A stretch of 64,000 nt of DNA from an uncultured candidatus Brocadiaceae bacterium (lineage in GTDB: Bacteria > Planctomycetota > Brocadiia > SM23-32), in contig CAZNGS010000009.1 in NCBI GenBank assembly GCA_964572825.1, positions 8,413-72,412 of the forward strand. The letters run 5' to 3'. Below the pieces are notes generated by a model. The model was given only the letters and a program-made list of their open reading frames with translations, had not been told where the DNA came from and did not search any database. Every line of letters starts with the position of its first letter. The stretch's first letter is position 1. This document shows positions 1 to 9,797 of this stretch, in pieces. The position numbers and the translations under genes are program-made.

Positions 1-819
1 TGGGGGCAGTCCTACTACGAGACGGACGGATTCTACCGCCCCAAGGCCAGGATCATCGACGGCCGGTCGCTCTGGTTCGCCTGGAAGCCCTCCCAGGCGA
101 GCGCCGTGGAGCTGGTGCACGCCGCCGACGAAGGCATAGAGCGCTTCTCGCTCGAAGTGGGACGCGGCGCGAAGGGGGTGGACCTGTGGCCGAAGCTGAG
201 CCTGGTCCGATCCGGCGGGGCGGACCTGCTCGTCTATTACACGGGCTACGCGCGGCACCGGAAGCGGTACATGCCCGAAGACGCCGAGGCCGTCCTCAGC
301 CGGTATCCCTACAAGCACAGGCCCTGGGAGGAGCTGCCCCAGCGCACCCGGAACAGCTTCATCGGGCAGGCCCGGCGGTGCGGCGTCTGGACGGACGAGC
401 TGTTCCCCCCGCGCAGCCCCGCTGCCGTCAGTGTCTTCGACGCTCGACTCGGCAGGGTCCAATGGACCTACAATGTCTCTGAGCACCATCCCAGCCTGCC
501 GGCCAACGGTTTCTGGACCTACATCGACCGCTCCCACATGGTGGTGGCGGGGCGATGGGCCTACGTCGGCTGGGTGGATACCGCGGGACAGGAGGCTGTG
601 CTGCGCCTGGTGGCGCTGGACGTCACCGCCGATGCGCCGGAGCCCGTCGAGCGGACCGTTCCGCTGGGGTTCACGTCCAAGGGCCACGAGCGCAGCACGC
701 TGATGGACCTGGCTGCCGTGGACGGGCGCCTTTACGCCTACGTGCTGCAGGCGCAGAACTTCTGGATTCGCGACCCCCGCTGGAAGGCCCAGCACGTGGT
801 GGCCATCGGCACGCACTGA
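1..819 (+). CDS. hypothetical protein, 3' fragment; the reading frame is open from position 1, so the gene continues upstream of the window
   Basis: Frame 1 is open from nt 1 (WGQSYYETDGFYRPKARIIDG...) to the stop at 817-819. The ORF track shows only the part from an internal GTG at 106. GC-rich third codon positions. No family recognised. Confidence 0.45.
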   Translation, partial: WGQSYYETDGFYRPKARIIDGRSLWFAWKPSQASAVELVHAADEGIERFSLEVGRGAKGVDLWPKLSLVRSGGADLLVYYTGYARHRKRYMPEDAEAVLSRYPYKHRPWEELPQRTRNSFIGQARRCGVWTDELFPPRSPAAVSVFDARLGRVQWTYNVSEHHPSLPANGFWTYIDRSHMVVAGRWAYVGWVDTAGQEAVLRLVALDVTADAPEPVERTVPLGFTSKGHERSTLMDLAAVDGRLYAYVLQAQNFWIRDPRWKAQHVVAIGTH

Positions 820-826
820 GCCCCCG

Positions 827-1804
827 TCAGTCCGCCGCGAAGTAGTCGCGCAGCGCCTCGATGGCCATGCGGCCGCACCGCAGGAACATCCGGTGGGTGG
901 TGCCCGCCACGTGGGGCGTCATCACCACGTTGTCCAGCTCCCGCAGCACGTCGTCCTCGGGCGGCGGTTCGGGCTCATAAACGTCCAGGTAAGCGCGGAA
1001 CCGCGCCTTCTGCATCTCGGCGCGGAAGGCCTCGTTGTCCAGCAGGGCAGCCCGCGCGGAGTTGATCAGCAGCGCGCCGTCCTTTATCAGGGACAGCTCC
1101 CGCGCTCCGATCATGGCCGTGGTTTCCTCGGTCACGGGCGCGTGGAGCGAGACCACGTCCGCCGTGCGCAGCAGCGTGTGGAGGTCGGTAAGCTCTACCC
1201 CCAGCTCAGCCGCCTCGGACTCGTCCAGGTAGGGATCGCAGGCGAGAACGCGCACGTCGAACGCCCGCAGGTAGCGCACGACCCACCGGCCGACCCGGCC
1301 CAGGGCGACCAGCCCCACGGTGGACCCGTTGAGCTGGCCGGCCACGCCGCGCCATCCCGGCCATTTGACGCCCGACTTCATCTTACGATCGAACAGGTCG
1401 AACCTCCGCAGACCGGCGATGGCCGCCCCCAGCGTCCACTCCGCCACGGCTTGGTTGCAGGCGTCCGAGGCGTCTATGACCTCCACCCCTGCCGCGCGCC
1501 ATTCCGGGGCAACGTCATTGTGCTGGCCCCACCAGTGCGAGACTGCGGCCACCTTCACGGTGCCGGCCGCCTGCAGCGCCTCGCGCGAGACCTCCGCCGC
1601 GTGGGAGCCGTTCAAAGAGAGGATGGCGTCCGCGCCGCTGAGGTGTTCGACCATCTCGTCCTGGGACAGCTCCTCCCGCCCGTCTGCGTTGTCCCGTACC
1701 TCGGCGAAGGAGCGCAGCAACTGCTCGTTCTCCTCGTCCACGTAATACTCTCGGGGGCACCACTCAACGCGGTGGATGTAAACAAGAGGCCTCCGTGCGT
1801 TCAT
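827..1804 (-). CDS. D-isomer-specific 2-hydroxyacid dehydrogenase family, NAD-binding
   Basis: Translation MNARRPLVYIHRVEW...GLVALGRVGRWVVRYLRAFDVRVLACD...HAPVTEETTAMI...TPHVAGTT carries the D-2-hydroxyacid dehydrogenase signature. The internal ATG at 1804 gives about 325 aa. The 411 aa ORF-track version adds a non-homologous N-terminal extension. Confidence 0.75.
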   Translation of the reverse strand: MNARRPLVYIHRVEWCPREYYVDEENEQLLRSFAEVRDNADGREELSQDEMVEHLSGADAILSLNGSHAAEVSREALQAAGTVKVAAVSHWWGQHNDVAPEWRAAGVEVIDASDACNQAVAEWTLGAAIAGLRRFDLFDRKMKSGVKWPGWRGVAGQLNGSTVGLVALGRVGRWVVRYLRAFDVRVLACDPYLDESEAAELGVELTDLHTLLRTADVVSLHAPVTEETTAMIGARELSLIKDGALLINSARAALLDNEAFRAEMQKARFRAYLDVYEPEPPPEDDVLRELDNVVMTPHVAGTTHRMFLRCGRMAIEALRDYFAAD

Positions 1805-1913
1805 GTAGGCCCGGCCTCCATTGTCTGAAGGGAAACAGCGCCGCGGACCGGATGTCCAGCGTCGCCGTGGCATTGTGTAGTTTGCAGTGCGCGGGCGCAA
1901 GTCCGCGTGGTCT

Positions 1914-1942
1914 TTGAAAACTTCCGGCATCCGTCCTACAAT
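1914..1942 (+). promoter_or_regulatory. sigma-70-like promoter TTGAAA-N17-TACAAT upstream of the methyltransferase/sulfatase operon
   Basis: TTGAAA at 1914-1919, a 17 nt spacer and TACAAT at 1937-1942, about 35 nt upstream of the ATG at 1977. A GGAGAG RBS sits at 1963-1968. Confidence 0.4.
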
Positions 1943-1976
1943 CCGCCGTTCGGCCCCCCACTGGAGAGCAACTTCA

Positions 1977-3065
1977 ATGGCCTGCGCCTGGAAACAGAAC
2001 TGGCAGGAGACGCGAGAGCACTTCGTCGATTGGTGGAACCAGGAAGGGCTGGTGCTGGGCACCTGGGGGCACGTGCGCGGCGGTGAGCCCCGCGAGGACG
2101 TCGAGAATCCGGGCTGGCTGAAGGACGTGACGGAGCGTTACACCAACGCGGACTGGCGCGTGGCCTGGAACCACTATGACCTGGCCTGCGGCCGATTCCC
2201 CGCCGACACGCTGCCGATCGCCGACGTGGGGCTCGGCCCGGGAACCCTCGCCCCCTACCTGGGCAGCGAGCCGGAGTTCGTGGAGGGCACCGTCTGGTAC
2301 CATCCCCTCGCGGCGGATGACCCGGAGCCCGAGAAGTGGCCGCCGCTTCGCTTCGATCCGGACAACGAATGGTGGCGGCTGACCCGGGGGATGCTCCGAC
2401 GGCAGGTTGAGCTGGCCGATGGGCGGTATCTGGTCGGATGCCCCGACCTGATCGAGAACATCGACACGCTGGCCTCCCTGCGCGGCACGCAGCCGATGCT
2501 GATGGACATGGTGGTCCGCCCGGAATGGGTGGACCGGAAGATGGAAGAGATAACCTCCGTCTGGATCGAGGCTTACGACCGTATCTACGAGATCATAAAG
2601 CTGGAGGACGGCAGCGGCGCGTTCTGGGCTTTCATGATATGGGGCCCCGGGAAAACGGCCAAGCTCCAGTGCGACGCCAGCGCCATGATCTCCCCCGAGA
2701 TGTTCGAGCGCTTCATCGTGCCCGGGCTGACCGAGCAGTGCCGCCACGTGGACTACTCCATGTTCCACCTGGACGGCCACCAGTGCATGCCCCACCTGGA
2801 CCTGCTGCTGGGCATCGAGGAGCTGGACGCCATCGAGTGGACACCCGACCCACAGGTCCCGCCCGGCGGGGATCCGGAGTGGCACGACTTGTACGGCCGC
2901 ATACTCGATGCCGGCAAGTCCGTGCAGGCCATCGTGCCCCGGACGAACCGGATCGTGCCGTTGCTGGACGCCGTGGGGGGGAAGGGGATGTACCTGCTGA
3001 CGCAGTTCGAAAGCGAGTCCGCAGCCGAAAACCTGATGCGCGCCGTCGAACCTTACCGGAAGTAG
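1977..3065 (+). CDS. uroporphyrinogen decarboxylase (URO-D) / MtaA-CmuA-like methyltransferase family protein
   Basis: MACAWKQNWQETREHFVDWWN...FHLDGHQCMPHLD gives a URO-D-fold methyltransferase-like protein. The start is at the ATG 1977, preceded by GGAGAG. The ORF-track ORF begins earlier at 1887. Confidence 0.55.
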   Translation: MACAWKQNWQETREHFVDWWNQEGLVLGTWGHVRGGEPREDVENPGWLKDVTERYTNADWRVAWNHYDLACGRFPADTLPIADVGLGPGTLAPYLGSEPEFVEGTVWYHPLAADDPEPEKWPPLRFDPDNEWWRLTRGMLRRQVELADGRYLVGCPDLIENIDTLASLRGTQPMLMDMVVRPEWVDRKMEEITSVWIEAYDRIYEIIKLEDGSGAFWAFMIWGPGKTAKLQCDASAMISPEMFERFIVPGLTEQCRHVDYSMFHLDGHQCMPHLDLLLGIEELDAIEWTPDPQVPPGGDPEWHDLYGRILDAGKSVQAIVPRTNRIVPLLDAVGGKGMYLLTQFESESAAENLMRAVEPYRK

Positions 3066-3079
3066 AAGGAGAGACCGAC

Positions 3080-4306
3080 ATGCCCGCAGAACAGGCAAGA
3101 AAGCCGAACATCGTGCTGGTGTATATGGACGACATGGGTTACGGCGACATGGGCTGCTTTGGCTCGTCGCTGATCAGGACCCCCGTGATGGACTCGATCG
3201 CCGGGCGGGGGGTGAAGTTCACCCGCATGTACGCCGCCGCCGCCATCTGCTCGCCCTCCCGGGCGGGACTCCTGACCGGCCGATACGCCCAGAGGCTGGA
3301 CGTCGAACGGGTGCTGTTCCCCGGCGACACAAAGGGAATTACGGATCAGGAGAAAACCTTCGGCGCCTACCTGCAGGATGCCGGCTACGCCACCTGCATG
3401 CTGGGCAAGTGGCACCTGGGCTGCCAGCCCCAGCACAATCCCGTGCGGCACGGGTTCGATCACTACTTCGGCCTGCTGTACAGCAACGATATGGACCCGC
3501 TGCACCTCTACCGGAACGAGGAGGCCATCGAGACCGAGGTGGACCAGGCCACGCTCACGCGCCGATATACGGACGAGGCCATCGGCTTCATCGAACAGCA
3601 CGCGGACGAGCCGTTCTGCGTTTACCTGGCCCACACCATGCCACACATCCCGCTGCACGTGGAACCCGATTTCCGGGGTCGCTCGGAGGGCGGCACCTAC
3701 GGCGACACCATCGAGTGCATCGACTACCACCTGGGCCGCCTGCTGGAGAAACTGGAGGAGCTAGGTCTGACCGAGGACACGCTGGTGACCGTCACCAGCG
3801 ACAACGGTCCCTGGTTCGAGGGCAGCACGGGCGGGCTGCGGGGCAGGAAGTTCGACAACTACGAGGGCGGCATCCGCATGCCCTTCGTGGCGCAGTGGCC
3901 GGGCACCATCCCCGCTGAGGCCGTCTGCGACGATCCCGCCAGCCAGATGGACATGCTGCCGACGTTCCTGTATCTGGCCGGCCTCACGCCCGACGGGCCG
4001 CAGCTGGACGGCATCAACATCTGGCCGGCCTTCGTGGGCGAGAGGTATCCTGAACGCGAGGCGCTCTACCACTACTTCAAGTACACGCTGACCGCCGTCA
4101 CCTGCGGCCGGTGGAAGCTGCACTTCTGCGACCGGGGGGGCAGCACCAAAGAGATGCCCCAGCTCTACAACATCGAGCGGGACCCGCAGGAGAATTACAA
4201 CCTGGCGAACCTGCAACCCGAGGTGGTCGAGCGCCTGAGCCGGCTGGCCGCGAAGTTCGACGAGGAGATCCAGGCCGCCCGCCCCGAGCAAGAGGGTGAC
4301 GAGTAG
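3080..4306 (+). CDS. sulfatase (formylglycine-dependent), no signal peptide
   Basis: The N-terminus MPAEQARKPNIVLVYMDDMGYGDMGCFG and the CSPSR active-site motif (AAICSPSRAGLLTGRY) are present. The ATG at 3080 has a GGAGAG RBS. The 622 aa ORF-track version is an upstream extension. Confidence 0.85.
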   Translation: MPAEQARKPNIVLVYMDDMGYGDMGCFGSSLIRTPVMDSIAGRGVKFTRMYAAAAICSPSRAGLLTGRYAQRLDVERVLFPGDTKGITDQEKTFGAYLQDAGYATCMLGKWHLGCQPQHNPVRHGFDHYFGLLYSNDMDPLHLYRNEEAIETEVDQATLTRRYTDEAIGFIEQHADEPFCVYLAHTMPHIPLHVEPDFRGRSEGGTYGDTIECIDYHLGRLLEKLEELGLTEDTLVTVTSDNGPWFEGSTGGLRGRKFDNYEGGIRMPFVAQWPGTIPAEAVCDDPASQMDMLPTFLYLAGLTPDGPQLDGINIWPAFVGERYPEREALYHYFKYTLTAVTCGRWKLHFCDRGGSTKEMPQLYNIERDPQENYNLANLQPEVVERLSRLAAKFDEEIQAARPEQEGDE

Positions 4307-4338
4307 AACGGTCCCCGCATGGCAGAAAGGACACACCG

Positions 4339-5682
4339 ATGGACGGACGCGCCCCTAACATCCTGTACATCCACTCGCACGACACGGGGAGGTACGTGTC
4401 CCCGCACGGCTACCGCGTGGACACGCCGAACATACGCAGACTGGCGGAGGAGGGCATTCTGTTCCGCCGCAACTTCTGCATCAACCCCACCTGCAGCCCC
4501 AGCCGGGCGGCCTTGCTGACCGGGTGCTATCCGCACCAGAACGGCATGATCGGGCTGGCGCACCGGGGATTCTCCCTCCACGATTACGGCATGCATCTTG
4601 TGCGCCCGTTGCAGCAGGCCGGATACCACTGCGCGCTCTCCGGCACGCAGCACGTGTGCGGTTCCGCGCTGGCCGAAGCGCGGGACAGGCAGACATGGGA
4701 GATCATCGGCTACGACCGATGCCTGGCCGGCGAGCCCGAGGCGGAGAAGGGGGCCGTTCGCTTCCTGAACGACGGGCCGCCGCAGCCGTTTTTCCTCTCG
4801 GTGGGTTTCCACGAGACGCACCGCAAGTACCCGACCGGGGACGAACTGACGGTGGACCCGCGCTACTGCCGGCCGCCCGAGCCGGTGCCGGACACGCCGG
4901 CGACGCGGCGGGACATGGCCGGCTTCCTGACCATGGCCGCCACCCTGGACCGGAAGATGGGCGAGGTCTTCACCGCGTTGGAGCGAAACGAACTCGCCGA
5001 CAACGCCCTGGTGATCTGCACCACCGACCACGGCATCGCCTTCCCGCGCATGAAGTGCAACCTCCACGATTCCGGCACCGGCGTCATGCTCGTGGTCCGA
5101 GGCCCCGGAGGATTCGGCGGCGGGAAAGCCGCCGATGCCATGACCACGCACATGGACATCTATCCCACTCTGTGCGCCCTGCTCGGAGTTGAACGGCCGG
5201 AGTGGCTGGAGGGCAAATCGCTGCTGCCCCTGGTCCGGGGCGAGGTAGACGAGCTGCATGAGGCCGTTTTCACGCAGGTGAATTACCACGCCGCCTACGA
5301 GCCGATGCGCGCCGTGCGCACGGAGCGATGGAAGTATATCCGGCGGTTCGACGGCCGGACGCGGCCCGTGCTGCCCAACTGCGACCCCGGGCCGAGCAAA
5401 GACGTGTGGCTCCAGCACGGCTGGGCCGACCGGGAGGTCGAAGAGGAGATGCTCTACGACCTGGTCTTTGATCCCAACGAGACGAGCAATATCGCCGACC
5501 ATCCGGAGTGCCGTGACGTTCTGAGCGAAATGCGCGGACGGCTGGAGCGGTGGATGGAGCAGAAGGATGATCCGCTCCTGGAGGGCTGCGTGCCGGCACC
5601 GGCCGGCGTGCGGGTGACAGACGCCGACGCCGTCTCCAACAGCGGCCCCATCCTGCCCCAGGACCGGCTGCCGGGCCGTTAA
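4339..5682 (+). CDS. sulfatase (formylglycine-dependent), no signal peptide
   Basis: NILYIHSHDTGRY...PTCSPSRAALLTG gives a second CxPxR sulfatase. An AAAGGA RBS precedes the ATG. Confidence 0.85.
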   Translation: MDGRAPNILYIHSHDTGRYVSPHGYRVDTPNIRRLAEEGILFRRNFCINPTCSPSRAALLTGCYPHQNGMIGLAHRGFSLHDYGMHLVRPLQQAGYHCALSGTQHVCGSALAEARDRQTWEIIGYDRCLAGEPEAEKGAVRFLNDGPPQPFFLSVGFHETHRKYPTGDELTVDPRYCRPPEPVPDTPATRRDMAGFLTMAATLDRKMGEVFTALERNELADNALVICTTDHGIAFPRMKCNLHDSGTGVMLVVRGPGGFGGGKAADAMTTHMDIYPTLCALLGVERPEWLEGKSLLPLVRGEVDELHEAVFTQVNYHAAYEPMRAVRTERWKYIRRFDGRTRPVLPNCDPGPSKDVWLQHGWADREVEEEMLYDLVFDPNETSNIADHPECRDVLSEMRGRLERWMEQKDDPLLEGCVPAPAGVRVTDADAVSNSGPILPQDRLPGR

Positions 5683-6692
5683 CGCAGAAGCGCGGCCGTT
5701 TGGCGGCGCCAGGCCAGCGCCGTCTCCGCGCGGGCCAGCGCGATGGGGTTGTGGTCGTCTGTGATGGTGACCGCGCCCGGTCGGTCGGTTTCCAGCCGGC
5801 GCCGCGAGAGTTCGTAGCTGAGCCGATCCACGCCCACCGACGGCTGCCAGCTCTGCCAGAGAGGGAGGAGCTGCATGGGGCGCCGAAAGGCGAACACGAT
5901 GATGACCTGCACCGCCGATGCGTCGTTCGTCGTCCGGTAGGCCCGCACCATGTTCCGCCCGAACACATCCCCGAGGGTCCGGAAAAGCGAATCGGTCACG
6001 AAATCCCCCGTGGGCCGGCCGATATAGTTGATGGCCAGTATGCCGTCCTCGGTGAGCCGCTGTTTTGTCAGTTCGAAAAACTCGCGCGTGATCAGGTGGA
6101 AGGGGATTACGTCCGAGTTGTAGGCGTCCAGCACGACGAAGTCCACCGGCTCTTCATGCCGCCGCAGATACTGCCGGCCATCCTGGATGACCGCCCGGCC
6201 GCGGTAGGGGCCGGGGGGGCGGTGCGCACGCCTTTGCTCCTCGCCCGGCACGCCCACCTCCCGGTTTGGGAAGCGCTCGAGGTCCACCCGATGGAGCGTG
6301 CCGTCGGGGTAGAAGATATCGCCGCGATAGCCGAAATATGCCTTCGCCAGTTCGGCGACCTTGACGTCAATCTCCACGGCGGTCCAATCGATGTCGTAGA
6401 ACTCCATCACCCGGGGGAACATGCCACCCGCCAGCACCACGAGGCTGTAGAGCATCCACGCCCGCGGGAGCCGGTCCGCCAGTCGGCCTCCGACCGCGTA
6501 ACCCGCCGCCAGGCAGGTGAGCGTGACGCTCAGCAGCGCCGCCCACACGTAGAGGCTGCTGCCGTAGCAGGTGCCCACCACGCGCGTGCCCAGGATCTCC
6601 AGCGCCAGCACCGAAGCGCCCGTCACGGTCACCAGGCCGAGCAGGTAGATGCGCCCCGGCTCCCGGCGCTGCTCCCCGGGCCTTTCACTCAT
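5679..6692 (-). CDS. spermidine synthase-like (polyamine aminopropyltransferase family) protein with N-terminal transmembrane helices
   Basis: The N-terminus has hydrophobic helices (LLGLVTVTGASVLALEILG, LYVWAALLSVTLTCLAAGYAVG). A SpeE-like core follows (VEIDVKVAELAKAYFG...DFVVLDAYNSDVIPFHLITREFFE...DGILAINY). The start is taken at the internal ATG 6692 (MSERPGEQ...). Confidence 0.6.
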   Translation of the reverse strand: MSERPGEQRREPGRIYLLGLVTVTGASVLALEILGTRVVGTCYGSSLYVWAALLSVTLTCLAAGYAVGGRLADRLPRAWMLYSLVVLAGGMFPRVMEFYDIDWTAVEIDVKVAELAKAYFGYRGDIFYPDGTLHRVDLERFPNREVGVPGEEQRRAHRPPGPYRGRAVIQDGRQYLRRHEEPVDFVVLDAYNSDVIPFHLITREFFELTKQRLTEDGILAINYIGRPTGDFVTDSLFRTLGDVFGRNMVRAYRTTNDASAVQVIIVFAFRRPMQLLPLWQSWQPSVGVDRLSYELSRRRLETDRPGAVTITDDHNPIALARAETALAWRRQTAALLR

Positions 6693-6835
6693 CCCCGGAT
6701 ACCTCGGCAAGCGGCACGGCGGCCACGCCGGAGTAAGTCCGCAGCCACAGCACTCCGGCATAGGGGTCCTCGCACAGCACCCCTGGCTTGAACACACCTT
6801 TCAGAAACGCCACGCACTTTCCCCCCCGGTAGAGG

Positions 6836-8443
6836 TTACTGCTTTTTTTCCGGCAGGAGAAAGCCGTCTGCGGCGGCGGGGGCATCTGCTCCACCGGCGC
6901 CCAGCAGGTCCGGATGCCCCTCGGCGAGAACTATCCGCTGGCCGTGGGAGTGGGAGATGAGCATGAGGTCCGGCTGTTCGCCCTGCAGGTGCAGCTCGCG
7001 TGTGCGGGCATCGAACCGGGCCTTCCAGCCGCCGTCCTCGCGTCGTGCGAGGCAGCCGAACGAGAAGTAGTAGCCGGCATAGTACCGCCTCGGCATCATC
7101 CGGTAGACGCCCCAGATGCGATCGGGCGACAGACACAGGGCTTCAACGGTCCTGGGCACGATTTCATCCTGGTTCACGGTATCCTTCTGCCCCATCACCC
7201 ACCGTTTTTCGGAGGGGAGCTCATGCGCATCGATCAGGACCCAGCCGTCGGCCGTTCGATGCACGAGCGCCAGGCCAGTCGCGCGCGGCTTCCACCTCTT
7301 GACGTGCGCCATGCCGGGATGCGCCCCGAGCTCCACCGGGCGGTCGTAGGTAAGGCAGGCCGCCCAGACTTCGTCACCGTGCGCCGCAATGGTGCTCAGG
7401 AAGCGAATGTCCACGCCGTCCGCCCGTTCGGTTACCGTCCACCGGTCCTTCTCCAGGTCAAACCGGCTGATGCCGCCGCCAATGAACTCTCCGGACTTCT
7501 CGTCGTAGTCGGGCTCGCTGACCAGGTAGAAGGCGTCGTCCGCCAGCGCCATGTCGATGGGTCTGCCCGCTGCGGGACCTTCCCCCAGCGCGTAGGTGGT
7601 CAGGCTGCCGTCTGCCCCCTCGTAGCGCAGGACGCCCGTCGTCCCCAGCGCCCACACCGTCCCGTGCCGTGCGGCGGCGTGCCAGACATTGGTGCTCAGC
7701 GTCCGCCACTGCCCGGCCTGGAGATCGAAGTGGAGCAGCCGTTTCGAGCAGATGCAGTAGAGGCCGTCGTCCGTGCACAGGGCCGGGGGAATGAGGGTAT
7801 CCAGTTTCCGGCGCCAGAAGGCATGCCACCAGTCCTTCGCCGCGATTCGCTGGAGAGCGTGCTGCGCGGGGAATTCGGACAGCGCCTGCCACCGGTGGGA
7901 CTCCGGGGCAAAGTGCCATGCTCCCGCGTCGCTCACGATCCAGGCATGACCCTCCGCCGCGACGACGCGTCCCAGCGTGAAGCGCACCTCCTCGACCGGT
8001 TCGATACGCCCGACCTCCAGGTTCAGCACGGCCAGGCCCGCGCGTGTGGCCAGCCAGACCCGGTCTCGGTCCGGGGCGATGGACTGCACGGCCGCCTCGG
8101 GCAGGCCCCGGGCGCGGCCGTAGGTGGACACGACGCGGCCGTGCGCGGCGCTGACGGCGTAGAGCATTGCGTCGTCAGCCGCCCAGAGGGTATCTCCGTC
8201 CACCGCGTGGCAGAGGAGCCTGCCCTTGCCCGTGCGGACAGCCGGTTGCAGGACGAGCGCGCTGTCGATGTCCTCCGGCACAGCCGCCTGGCGCTCGGCC
8301 GGTCTATGCACCGAACTGAGAAGACAAAAGCCCCGCCGCCACAGCTCCTTCATGGCGGCCCTGGTCCGCTCCGAGGGCTCCTCCGCAGGCACCGCGGCGG
8401 CCGAGGCAACGGTCAACGTCAGCACCAGAAGCAGGCGCTTCAT
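6836..8443 (-). CDS. secreted hypothetical protein with a signal peptide, probably beta-propeller-like
   Basis: MKRLLLVLTLTVASAAAVPA is a signal peptide. The protein is Trp/Gly-rich and repetitive. No confident family assignment. Confidence 0.55.
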   Translation of the reverse strand: MKRLLLVLTLTVASAAAVPAEEPSERTRAAMKELWRRGFCLLSSVHRPAERQAAVPEDIDSALVLQPAVRTGKGRLLCHAVDGDTLWAADDAMLYAVSAAHGRVVSTYGRARGLPEAAVQSIAPDRDRVWLATRAGLAVLNLEVGRIEPVEEVRFTLGRVVAAEGHAWIVSDAGAWHFAPESHRWQALSEFPAQHALQRIAAKDWWHAFWRRKLDTLIPPALCTDDGLYCICSKRLLHFDLQAGQWRTLSTNVWHAAARHGTVWALGTTGVLRYEGADGSLTTYALGEGPAAGRPIDMALADDAFYLVSEPDYDEKSGEFIGGGISRFDLEKDRWTVTERADGVDIRFLSTIAAHGDEVWAACLTYDRPVELGAHPGMAHVKRWKPRATGLALVHRTADGWVLIDAHELPSEKRWVMGQKDTVNQDEIVPRTVEALCLSPDRIWGVYRMMPRRYYAGYYFSFGCLARREDGGWKARFDARTRELHLQGEQPDLMLISHSHGQRIVLAEGHPDLLGAGGADAPAAADGFLLPEKKQ

Positions 8444-8500
8444 CCGCGCTCTACTCTCCGTTCCGGCATAGTCTGCTCAGCCGGCAATAGGCAGAGCGCG

Positions 8501-9667
8501 TCAGTCCACGGGCAGCTCCCTGGGATCCACCGGCCGGTCGGTTTTGGCCGAGAGTTGTGCCGCCAGGCACATGCGCAGGGACTCGATGGCGCCGTCCATA
8601 TGGTTGTCCGGCGGGCAGTTACGCTCGACCCCGCGCATGAGCGAGCCCATCGTCCCCATCATCCCGGCCACGGGCCCGGAGATGTCGTACCAGGGCCCTT
8701 CAAGGGGGTCGAACGGGTTGATGTCGGACCACAGGGGCTCGTACACGTGATCGGGCAGCTCCAGGAGGACCGGCCGTCCGCCGCGCTCGGTGAAGACCTC
8801 GACGAACTCCCGCTCGCCCGGGGCCGGGAAGTGCCAGTTCCAGTTGTGCTGCGCCCGGATGGAGCCGCCCTCGGCCATCACGCGGATGTTGGTCCGGTGC
8901 GCTTCCATGCCGGAGTGGTTCTCGATGTGGTAGGCGACGCAGCCGCCCTCGAACTCGTAGATGGCCATGGTGGTCTTCATGCCCGCCCACGCCTTGACCG
9001 CGATGCAGGGCCTGTCCACCCACCATCGCACGAGGTCCGCGTGATGGATCACGTGGCCCAGGTAGGCGGGCGTGGGGTCCTCCAGGTCGATCGGCCCGCC
9101 CTGCCAGTAGTTCTGTAGCTCGATCACCCCGGGCCGGCCCATGCGCTCGGGCGTGAGCAACTGCTTGACCGAGTAGCAGGCGGGGTTGTAGCGGCAGTTC
9201 TGGTTGACGGCCAGCCAGATGCCGGCCTCCTGCGCCGCGCGCGCCATCTTCCGGGCCGATTCAACGGTGGTGGCCACCGGCTTATGGATCATCAGGTGCT
9301 TTCCTGCCTCGCCCGCCGCCTCGATGACCTCCATGCGGAGGGCCTCTTTCTTCTCGCCGGCGCCGAAGCAGCAGTCCACCACGTCCACCTGGTCGTTTTC
9401 GATTACCTCGTGCCAGTCGTCCGTGATGGTGCCCACGTCGAAGCCCTTGCGCCTGGTTTCCTCGATCCGGTCCTCGTTGATCTCCGCGGCGGTCACCACG
9501 TTGAACCGGGCCGCCTGGTAGGCGGGAAGGTGCATCGTCAGCACCACCCAGTGCAGCCCTATGCTGCCGATGCCGTAGTCCGTCTTCTGGTTCTCGAAGT
9601 CGATCCGGTAGGGCGGAACGCTGAACCCCAGTGCCTGCTCCATGCGGCTGACATCCTGTTCGGCCAT
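8501..9667 (-). CDS. Gfo/Idh/MocA-family NAD(P)-dependent oxidoreductase
   Basis: An IGSIGLHWVV...NVVTAAEINEDRIEETRR...DVVDCCFGAGEKKEALRMEVIEAAGEAGKHLMIHKP Rossmann-like N-terminus and the family's C-terminal domain are present. The start is at the internal ATG 9667, with AGGAG upstream. Confidence 0.7.
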   Translation of the reverse strand: MAEQDVSRMEQALGFSVPPYRIDFENQKTDYGIGSIGLHWVVLTMHLPAYQAARFNVVTAAEINEDRIEETRRKGFDVGTITDDWHEVIENDQVDVVDCCFGAGEKKEALRMEVIEAAGEAGKHLMIHKPVATTVESARKMARAAQEAGIWLAVNQNCRYNPACYSVKQLLTPERMGRPGVIELQNYWQGGPIDLEDPTPAYLGHVIHHADLVRWWVDRPCIAVKAWAGMKTTMAIYEFEGGCVAYHIENHSGMEAHRTNIRVMAEGGSIRAQHNWNWHFPAPGEREFVEVFTERGGRPVLLELPDHVYEPLWSDINPFDPLEGPWYDISGPVAGMMGTMGSLMRGVERNCPPDNHMDGAIESLRMCLAAQLSAKTDRPVDPRELPVD

Positions 9668-9797
9668 GGTCTGACTCCTGCAGTTCCAATGAAGGTCGGT
9701 ACTTCCCACATGCCCAACTCCGGGACAGTCTAAGCGAACCTTCCCCGGCCCACAATGGAAAACGGACGGGCACCGAGAGACGGCTACCCACTTGCCC

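Noticed and set aside
2438-3079. N-terminal 214-aa extension of the first sulfatase ORF (622-aa version)
   Set aside because: The extension is Arg/Pro/Gly-rich and overlaps the URO-D-like gene in another frame. The sulfatase homology and RBS begin at the ATG 3080.
3408-3422. TGGCAC-N7-GC sigma-54-like match (GTGGCACCTGGGCTGCC)
   Set aside because: It lies inside the sulfatase coding sequence. The -12 element lacks the TT. It is probably a chance match.
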